This document shows, piece by piece, positions 1 through 6,512 of a stretch of DNA of 6,512 nt (position 1 is its first letter; every line of letters begins with the position of its first letter). Source of the stretch: Paraspadella gotoi (lineage: Eukaryota; Animalia; Chaetognatha); NCBI GenBank assembly GCA_051294375.1, contig JBJCIZ010000408.1, forward strand, positions 16,152 through 22,663, given 5' to 3'. Under the pieces are notes generated by a model that had not been told where the DNA came from, did no database searches, and worked only from the letters and a program-made list of their open reading frames with translations. The position numbers and the translations under genes are program-made.

Positions 1-83
1 AATAAAACTGGTTCACATCAGAATAAATAATAACGAGTATCAATTTCTAATAATAATAAAATTTGAAACAAAAAGAGAAAAAT

Positions 84-437
84 TCAAAGAGAAGAATAAC
101 GATCGGGGGGAACCCCGGCGCTGCGTCTCATCGATCGACGTGGAGGTCGAGGAGGAGGTGGCACAGGGGCGGGTGGTGGCGGCGACGGGTGGAGGTCCAC
201 TGGAACTTCAACGGTTCCGCCCCCGCCACCTCCTGAGGAGTCATCCTCGCGAAAGTCGATAGCCGCTGGGATCGCCGTGGTCTCGGGCGACCAAAGGCCA
301 CTGAGGTGGTGGAAAAGAAGTGGCGTCGAGTGGAGCGTTTCGATAACCACTCGACGCCGGCAGCAGCGGCGTAGAAGGACAGCGAGGAGGACGAAGAGTG
401 CCATAGAGGCCGCCCCCGCGATGAACCAAATCAAACT
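84..437 (-). CDS. Terminal exon of a type-I membrane protein: transmembrane helix plus Pro-rich cytoplasmic tail
   Basis: Follows acceptor ttttatttctCAG (ends 438). 354 nt = 118 codons to TGA at 86-84. Translates SLIWFIAGAASMALFVLLAVLL-RRCCRRR...PSPPPPAPVPPPPRPPRRSMRRSAGVPPDRYSSL*: a hydrophobic stretch of about 21 aa followed by a basic stop-transfer cluster. Splices in phase 0 to the 519-847 exon. Confidence 0.78.
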   Translation of the reverse strand, partial: SLIWFIAGAASMALFVLLAVLLRRCCRRRVVIETLHSTPLLFHHLSGLWSPETTAIPAAIDFREDDSSGGGGGGTVEVPVDLHPSPPPPAPVPPPPRPPRRSMRRSAGVPPDRYSSL

Positions 438-518
438 CTGAGAAATAAAAGAAATAAAAATCAGTTTTAACTAAAAGTAATATTATAATAAAATCAGAAA
501 AAAGTTCCAAGCTCTTAC
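438..518 (-). other. Spliceosomal GT-AG intron (81 nt, phase 0)
   Basis: CCG|GTAAGA donor at 518, AT-rich body, polypyrimidine tract and CAG acceptor at 438. Removing it joins two open frames (...SESLP|SLIWF...). Confidence 0.8.
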
Positions 519-847
519 CGGAAGGGATTCGGAGTGAGTCGGCAGGAGCGACGGCGGACCTTGACGCGCGGCAGCGGTGATGGGGAGAGCGGAAGGGGCG
601 TGACGCCCGACGCTCGCCAGCGTCCCCGATGTCGCCGCAGAGGAGACGGGCGACGAAGAAGTCATCGCCGTCGTCGAAAGTTCCACCCGCTTTGTCGTTC
701 CATTTGTCGTCGCCGCCTTCGTCGTCGTTGCCACCTTCGTCGTCGTCGTCGTAGCGGTCGTCGTTGTTGCGGTCGTCATCGTCGTCGGCGTCGAGGTGGA
801 GAGGGGTTCGTCCAAGATGATTTGGAGGTCATAACCCCAGCCTCGCG
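519..847 (-). CDS. Exon encoding a Thr/Ser-rich mucin-like extracellular stalk
   Basis: Bounded by ttttttccttCAG (848) and GTAAG (518). 329 nt, entered in phase 1 and left in phase 0. Translates (A)RGWGYDLQIILDEPLSTSTPTTMTTATTTTATTTTTKVATTTKAATTNGTTK...SESLP and includes an N-G-T sequon. Confidence 0.75.
700..792 (-). repeat. Imperfect (ACG)n coding trinucleotide repeat (poly-Thr)
   Basis: Plus strand shows runs of GTC (cgtcgtcgtcgtcgtagcggtcgtcgttgttgcggtcgtcatcgtcgtc), which are ACG Thr codons on the minus strand. Confidence 0.75.
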
Positions 848-898
848 CTGAAGGAAAAAATGACAAGAGATCATTAGAAGAGTAAAGACAAATTGTAC
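848..898 (-). other. Short GT-AG intron (51 nt, phase 1)
   Basis: AG|GTACAA donor at 898, branch-point-like TTCTAAT, and ttttttccttCAG acceptor at 848. Confidence 0.65.
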
Positions 899-906
899 CT
901 ATGCTG

Positions 907-916
907 NNNNNNNNNN
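907..916. other. Assembly gap (10 N)
   Basis: Run of n; the true length is unknown. Confidence 0.99.
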
Positions 917-1375
917 CTCAGGCACATTAGTGACCTCAGGTAAGAATGGCAGGGCGGATTCGGCAGAGGATAAGGAAAGAAAAGCAGGGTCTATGGAGAA
1001 AAGAAACTCAGGGTTAGGAGCTTCAGGGACAGAGCTGACAGGGTTTTGAAGGGACCCGGAAACGGATGAAGAAATGGGCATTGGGGTTAAACGGTTAGGA
1101 GGAACTTTAATGTTAATATTAGGGTCGTCGGGATTGAGCCAAAGAATGGTAGGCTCGGTAGGAGGAAGTCTAAGGGATTGATATTTACGTTTTGGGGATC
1201 TCTGTGATCCCCTTACCCCGGGCCTTTTCTGGCCTTGAGAAGGAATGGAAGGGGGGTCTGGAAACCTAAAAATGGGATCTAGGACCCGGAAGAAACACTC
1301 CATGTCCGGAAAAGGTTGAGAGCGTGGGTTAGAATGGATAGTGAGTGGCCGGGTTAGAATGGTTAAAGGGGTGAT
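917..1375 (-). CDS. Pro/Ser-rich open frame; possible internal ectodomain exon or unrelated inserted sequence
   Basis: Open from 1375 (after TAG 1378-1376) to the gap: ITPLTILTRP...MECFFRVLDPIFRFPDPP...PFLPEVTNVPE. It could join the phase-1 donor at 898 if the gap length is not exactly 10. It is CpG-poor relative to the other exons. Confidence 0.35.
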
Positions 1376-1523
1376 CTAGATTTGAATCAGGTGAATGAGA
1401 CCTGAGATCCCTTTCAGAGGGAGGCCTCACTGGTTCGTTTAGTAACCAGAGGGTGAGAAATAGGCATTTCAAGACCAGGCCCAAAGATGGGTCTAGAAAG
1501 GAAGTGAGGGTTGATCGTCTCTG

Positions 1524-1682
1524 TCACCCAAGACCGAGCGGGAGTTGAAGACCGTTGGCGCTGAACACATTCGGCACCCCGATGAACCAGGAAAGAGGAC
1601 CGAGTCCGGAAGGTAGGAGAGATGGGCCTTGGAACTGGATCGGCGACGGCGTCGATTGGTGGAAGAAAAGGATAACGAAGAG
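1524..1682 (-). CDS. Probable exon fragment with uncertain acceptor
   Basis: GC/CpG-rich block directly after an AT-rich intron and T tract. Reads LFVILFFHQSTPSPIQFQGPSLLPSGLGPLSWFIGVPNVFSANGLQLPLGLG* (TGA 1526-1524). There is no AG at the composition boundary; the first CAG is at 1637-1635. Confidence 0.35.
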   Translation of the reverse strand, partial: LFVILFFHQSTPSPIQFQGPSLLPSGLGPLSWFIGVPNVFSANGLQLPLGLG

Positions 1683-1806
1683 GAAAAAAAAATTAATTGA
1701 TTGATAATTAATTAATTGATTAACAAATATTGAAAAGACAGAATTGGAAAAAATTACACTATAAAGTTTAGAAACGATAAAGATAACAGAATAAAACAGA
1801 ACTTAC

Positions 1807-2198
1807 CCAGCTGGAGGATTTCCCCATTGGAAGAGCTCATAGGGATCCATGATTTCAAAGGTACCACAAGAAGGGTCGGCAGGGCGTGGAAGTCCGGCGG
1901 GAAAGGGCACGTTGACGTCATGGTGATAACCCAGAATCCAAGGGGAGCGGTGGAAAATCCACTGCTCCCATCGGATCTGGTGCTCCACCGCCTCCGGAGA
2001 CAGGCGTCGAGGATGGAGGAGACGGACGACGAGTGCCCCGCACCAGGAGTGTTGAGTGCGCCAAGGAAGGAGGCTCAAGTAGCTTCCTTGAACTCCGATA
2101 CACCCCCTGAGGTCTTCCAGCGGTCCGAAAAGGGGATTCCTGTCGACATGCCAGCCAGTGGTAGGAAAGCACGGGCAGCCGTGCCGACGTCCGGCAAG
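1807..2198 (-). CDS. Internal exon 3 (392 nt), reading frame unresolved
   Basis: Acceptor tttttctctCAG ends at 2199 and donor TGG|GTAAGT starts at 1806. GC-rich between AT-rich flanks. One frame is fully open (ORF 1803-2231); the other two contain only TGA stops. Confidence 0.6.
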
Positions 2199-2310
2199 CT
2201 GAGAGAAAAATAAAACAAAAAATGAAATCAAACTAAATTAAATTAAATTAAACAAATATTTCAAGATAAAGAAAGAAATAAATCAAATCGAATAACTCGA
2301 CAAAACTCAC
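2199..2310 (-). other. GT-AG intron (112 nt) containing a short (AATTT)n run
   Basis: CTG|GTGAGT donor at 2310, AT-rich body, CAG acceptor at 2199. The donor is conserved in all three copies. Confidence 0.75.
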
Positions 2311-2769
2311 CAGAGTTCCGTGTCATTGACGAGCGGACACAGACGACTCGTGGTGGATCCCCTCACTCTAGGGTGTGCATCTCTTCAATGATGAAGAGTG
2401 GGGGATCAACACACTGGTAATCGGCTCGTTCGCCGGCGGCAAAGAGATTACCGCCCATAGTGAGTCGTCGTGAAAGGCGACAGCCTCCAGCTGCGACTTC
2501 CGCATGAAGCCTGGACGAGCTGCCCCGCCAGCGAGAGTGACCGGGCCGTGTCGCTCCGAAGAAATATAAGAAAAGACTGGAAACCAGGGAACGCATGAAG
2601 TTGGTTGGGATCCTGGATTTCCACAGGCGTTGGAGTAAAGGCCGTTGGTGAGGTAGAGCAGGCGGCCGGTTAGCAGAACAGGTCGAAGAGGGTGCCAGGG
2701 CTCCCATCGCTCATTGAGAACAGGATGATGAGGCCGCCACTAAAACAGTATTCCCGTTTGCAGATGGTA
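2311..2769 (-). pseudogene. Exon 2, copy A; frameshifted relative to copy C (decay or sequencing indels)
   Basis: Same splice sites as 5925-6367 but 459 nt versus 443 nt, with scattered 1-nt indels. The 3' part still reads RRLTMGGNLFAAGERADYQCVDPPLFIIEEMHTLE*. Confidence 0.6.
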
Positions 2770-3177
2770 CTGAGAAAAGCAGACGAAAAAAGGAATAACA
2801 CGTGAGAAATAGGTCAGAGACGGTAGAGCAAAATTTAAAAGCTAAAAATCCAAAAGAGCATCGAAAAGCACCGACGGGTTTTAAATATAAATAATTTAAT
2901 AATAAACCGAGTTCCTAAATTTCACAATTAATTGATATTATTGATATCATATATTATCCTCGGAAATATTTAATCAACAAATAATTATGCTCGTTGTTTA
3001 GTTTATAGTACGAGTTTTAACCATAAAGTTACTGTACTAGCCACAAAAAAATTTCAACGTAAAGTTGTCTAATGAATTTCATGTGATTTATCTCTATTTG
3101 ATATGCTCTTACATTTCACATTGTGTTGTAAGAATGTTGATAATGTAATTTTGCATGGTAATGAAAAATTAACTTAC
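2770..3177 (-). other. First intron (408 nt, phase 2)
   Basis: AT|GTAAGTT donor at 3177, very AT-rich body, gcttttctCAG acceptor at 2770. Confidence 0.7.
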
Positions 3178-3233
3178 ATAGAAATAAGACCAAGGAGGCC
3201 GAGGAGAAGAGCGTAGGAGTAAGCGGAACCCAT
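3178..3233 (-). CDS. Exon 1 encoding a signal peptide
   Basis: gaaATGG start context. Encodes MGSAYSYALLLGLLGLIS plus 2 nt, followed by GTAAGT. Phase 2 matches the open frame of exon 2 in copy C, giving ...LGLISITHC-KREYVLVGG. Confidence 0.72.
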
Positions 3234-3330
3234 TTCGAGAAATGCGAGAGAATTAGAGAGAAAAGGAGAAAAAATGGCAAATTTTAGGTGAAGGTGCGGC
3301 ATGAGAGAAAGGAGAGCCGTGAATAAAAGA

Positions 3331-3365
3331 AAGTGACCTCTCTCCTTTCTACCGTTGTTTAAATA
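3331..3365 (-). promoter_or_regulatory. Candidate Pol II core promoter: TATA-like box plus initiator
   Basis: TATTTAAA at 3365-3358 begins 31 nt upstream of the A (3334) of an Inr-like TCACTT, the canonical spacing. It lies about 100 nt upstream of the ATG. A CCAAT is present at 3471-3475. Confidence 0.5.
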
Positions 3366-3509
3366 GTATCACTTCGTCCAGTTGAGATGTCCCTGGGCCC
3401 GCATGGAGACCCGGGTCCAAAACAGGAAGGAGGTGAGAATTGTCGATTAATGAGGTAGTAGATCATACAACCAATCCTGGGTCTATTGACACTCTTAGCC
3501 GGATCCATC

Positions 3510-3534
3510 NNNNNNNNNNNNNNNNNNNNNNNNN
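3510..3534. other. Assembly gap (25 N) at the copy A/copy B junction
   Basis: Run of 25 n. Confidence 0.99.
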
Positions 3535-3535
3535 C

Positions 3536-5531
3536 ATTAACAAATATTGAAAGACAGAATTGGAAAAAAATCACATAAAAGTTTAGAAACGATAGAGATA
3601 ACAGAATAAAACAGAACTTACACCAGCTGGAGGATTTCCCCATGGAAGAGCTCTAGGGATCCATGATCTACAAGGTACCACGAAAGGGTCGGCAGGGCTC
3701 GTGGAAGTCCGCGGGGAAGGGCACTTGAGTCATGGTGATACCATAATCCAAGGGACGGTGGAAATCACACTGCTCCATCGGATCTGGCCTCCGCCGCCTC
3801 CGGAGACAGCGCTGAGGATGGAGGAGACGGACGACGAGGTGCCCCGCACCAGGAGTGTTGAGCTGCGCCGAGGAAGGCAGGCTCAAGTAAGCTTCCTTGA
3901 ACCCCGATACACCCCCTGAGGTTCTTCCAGCGGTCCGGAAAGGGATCCCTGTCGACACGCCAGCAGCTAGTGGTGGAAATGCACGGCAGCCGTGCCGACG
4001 TTCGGCAAGTGAAGAAAAATTAAACAAAAAATGAAATCAAACTAAATTAAATTAAATTAACAAATATTTCAATATAAGAAAGAAATAACAAATCGAATAA
4101 TCGACCAAAACTCACCAGAGTTTCCGTGTCGGGTAGCATGCTGGAGCACGTAGACTGACTCTTGTGGATTCCCCACACTCGTAGGGTTGGATCTCTCCAA
4201 TGAACGAAGAGTCATATCTCAGTGTGCAGGACTCAACAACACTGGCAATTGGGCTCGTTTCTGGCGGCGCGAAGAGGTATAGCGTAGGCGCCGCGATTAG
4301 TGAGTCCGTCGTGAAAGGGCAAGGCATCCAGGCGCAAGGACGTTGCGCGGCATGAGTAGTCGTGGAGCGATGTGTGGCTCAGCCAAGAGGAGGGAGCTGG
4401 TGACTTAGTCGGGGGTGGGGGGCGGGGGGGCGGATGGGGGCGCGGGAGGTCGGGCGGACGAGAAAGTGATAAGGAGAGGGAGAGACGGGGAAAGCAGAGG
4501 AAAGCAGATCGGAAGGTGGTTGGCGATGCTGGTGCGAGTTCCAGATGCGCGTGGGTGAGGAGGCCGTTGGGGGTGAGAGGGCAGGCGGGCCGTTTTGCGG
4601 CAGAGGGGCAGGTCGGAAGGAGGAAGCTGGGCTCCTCATCGCGTCGATTGAGGACACGGGATGATGATGGGGGCCGGGGCCAGCGGTAAGACAGGTTTGC
4701 GGCGCGTTGGTGCACGGATGGTACATGAGAAAAGCAGACAAAAAGTAATAGACAGAAACATGTAGAAATTAAGCAGGATAGACAAAATTTAAAAGCTAGA
4801 AAATCCAAAAGAGCAGGTCGTAAGAGGAGTCGACCGACGGGTTTTGAGAATCATAGAGAGAGATTTAAAAATAAAACGCGAGTACCGTAAACTTTCCACA
4901 TATAATTGATATTCTTCGAATACCAATATATTATCCTTGGAAATATTTATCAACAAATAGATTATGCTCGTGTTTAGTTTATAGTACACGTTTTTAACCA
5001 TATAAGTTACTTGAACTAGCCAGCAGGAAAAGAGGTGGTTCAACGTAAGGAGGTTGTGCTAGATGGAAATTTGCATGGGTGAGATATGCTATTTGGATAT
5101 GCTGTTACATGCTTCACATTGGGGTGTTGTAAGAGAGTGGGTGGTGATGGGAGAGTGTAATGTTGGCGAGTGGAGATGTGTGGACGAGAAGAAGTGTGAA
5201 GGCTGTGAGCGATGAGAGAGAGTAGAGAGCGCGAAGCGAGGCCAAGGAGAAGAGCGTACGGCGTAAGCGGGAACCCCATTGCGAGAAAAGCGAGGAAAGA
5301 GAAAGGGGAGAAGAAACAGAAAAAATGGGAAATTTTAGTGAAGGTGCGGATGAGAGAAAGGGAGAGCCGTGAATAAAAGAAAGTGACCTTTACCGTTGTT
5401 TAAATAGTATCACTTCGTCCATTGAGATGTCCCTGGGCCCGCATGGGAGACCCGGTCCAAAACAGGAAGGAGGTGAGAATTGTCATTAATGAGGTAGTAG
5501 ATCATACAACCAATCCTGGGGCCGGATCATC
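3536..5531 (-). pseudogene. Tandem copy B of promoter plus exons 1-3; indel-rich and probably low-quality sequence
   Basis: Collinear with 1719-3509 but about 200 nt longer, with dense single-base insertions. Exon 3 equivalent is about 3622-4009, exon 2 about 4116-4725, and the exon 1 ATG is at 5279. Several splice sites are damaged. Confidence 0.75.
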
Positions 5532-5885
5532 AGCTGAGGAACAGCTTTTGTTTTTTGTGGGGGAGGGTGTAATGAATCAACTAAGAAAGAAAGAGAGAGA
5601 AAGATGGGTGGCCGTCGCCGTTCACGCTTCAATGGTCGCCGACCAAGAGCGGCCGGCCCCGCCCCCCCCCGATGAGGAGGAAGGGAGAGGAAAATCCTCC
5701 TTAAAGCTAAACTCAGGTAACAGGAATAATGGAAAAGAGGAAACAAAGGAAGAGAGGGTATATAAGGCACAGTGGAAAGAGAAGGAGAGCAACAGAGAGC
5801 AGAGAGTGAAAACACAAAAACATAAGAATAAAGTTTATTGCATCCTGATATTAACTGTCAAAACTTTTGTAAACTTTCTGTTTTC

Positions 5886-6512
5886 AAAGAAATAAATCAA
5901 ATCGAATAACTCGACAAAACTCACCAGAGTTCCGTGTCATTGACGAGCGGACACAGACCACTCGTGGTGGATCCCCTCACTCTAGGGTGTGCATCTCTTC
6001 AATGATGAAGAGTGGGGGATCAACACACTGGCAATCGGCTCGTTCGCGGGCGGCAAAGAGATTACCGCCCATAGTGAGTCGTCGTGAAAGGAGAAGCTCC
6101 AGCGCAACTTCTGCATGAAGCCTGGACGAGTGCCCGGCCAGGAGAGGACCGGGCGTCGGCCGAAGAAATAAAGAAAAGACGGAAACCAGGAACCAATGAA
6201 GTTGGTTGGGATCCTGGATTTCCACAGGCGTTGGAGTAAGGCCGTTGGTGAGGAGAGCAGGCGGCCAGTTAGGCAGAACAGTCGAGAGGGAGCGTGGGCT
6301 CCCATCCTCATTGAGAACACGGATGATGAGGCCGCCCACTAAAACATATTCCCGTTTGCAATGGGTACTGAGAAAAGCAGACGAAAAAAGGAATAACAAC
6401 ATGAGAAATAAGCGGAAAAATTTAAAAGCTAAAAATCCAAAAGAGCATCGAAAAGCACCGACGAGTTTTAAGTATAAATAATTTAATAATAAACCGAGTT
6501 CCTAAATTTCAC
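5886..6512. repeat. Tandem copy C (partial; matches 2272-2925 and runs off the window end)
   Basis: aaagaaataaatcaaatcgaataactcgacaaaactcacc...gttcctaaatttcac is shared with copy A. Confidence 0.9.
5925..6367 (-). CDS. Exon 2, copy C (cleanest copy); N-terminal ectodomain with an in-frame TGA
   Basis: cttttctCAG acceptor (6368) and CTG|GTGAGT donor (5924). 443 nt with 129 open codons (THCKREYVLVGGLIIRVLNEDGSP...ADCQCVDPPLFIIEEMHTLE), then TGA 5979-5977, then GDPPRVVCVRSSMTRNS. Synonymous differences from copy A in this frame: TAT/TAC, GCA/GCG, GTT/GTC, GTG/GTC. Confidence 0.7.

Larger units (their letters stand above)
1719..3509. repeat. Tandem segmental duplication, copy A
   Basis: Starts attaacaaatattgaaaagacagaattgg and ends gccggatccatc. 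Collinear with 3536-5531, and its 2272-2925 part is collinear with 5886-6512. Confidence 0.9.

Noticed and set aside
534-851. Arg-rich, protamine-like plus-strand ORF
   Set aside because: It is the antisense shadow of the ACG (Thr) repeat exon; splice signals support the minus strand.
1827-2213. Plus-strand 128-aa ORF
   Set aside because: It coincides with a minus-strand exon bounded by minus-strand splice sites, has a non-ATG start, and shows no recognisable domain.
3359-3643. 94-aa ORF with a hydrophobic N-terminus
   Set aside because: It spans the N gap and fuses intron sequence of copy B to upstream sequence of copy A.
4411-4447. G-quadruplex-like motif
   Set aside because: Absent from the homologous positions in copies A and C; probably sequencing noise.
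4233-4808. Pro-rich and Gly/Arg-rich ORFs (4233-4808, 4372-4689, 4379-4741)
   Set aside because: They are products of G-inflated noisy copy B and are not present in copies A or C.
5422-5895. Plus-strand 157-aa Lys/Glu-rich ORF
   Set aside because: Low-complexity purine-rich sequence lacks stops by composition; non-ATG start, no domain, and it crosses a duplication boundary.
84-6367. Genome-wide UGA reassignment (alternative genetic code)
   Set aside because: Many interrupting stops are TGA, but the terminal exon also ends in TGA exactly at the GC-to-AT transition. Indel noise and GC content are sufficient explanations.
1-6512. CRISPR array, tRNA/rRNA genes, or transposase/RT/integrase coding sequence
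   Set aside because: No regularly spaced short repeats, RNA gene signatures, catalytic motifs, LTRs or terminal inverted repeats were recognised.

Overview
Eukaryotic genomic DNA from a draft assembly (two N gaps), probably an invertebrate: GC/CpG-rich exons alternate with AT-rich GT-AG introns on the minus strand. No prokaryotic genes, RNA genes or CRISPR arrays are seen. The window is dominated by one spliced minus-strand gene (about 3233 to 84). It has a TATA/Inr promoter, a signal-peptide exon, Cys-containing ectodomain exons, a Pro/Ser-rich segment, a Thr-rich mucin-like stalk, one transmembrane helix, and a Pro-rich cytoplasmic tail ending RRSMRRSAGVPPDRYSSL. I do not recognise the family. 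The 5' half of the gene occurs in three tandem direct copies: A 1719-3509, B 3536-5531 (very noisy) and C 5886-6512 (cleanest exon 2). The most intriguing points are (i) an in-frame TGA in exon 2 shared by copies A and C that aligns with TGT (Cys) in copy B and overlaps an alternative splice donor, and (ii) a retroelement-type RRSxR..PPxRY motif in a membrane-protein tail. Indel noise limits frame assignment in the middle of the gene, and the single-gene model across 899-1806 is an inference.
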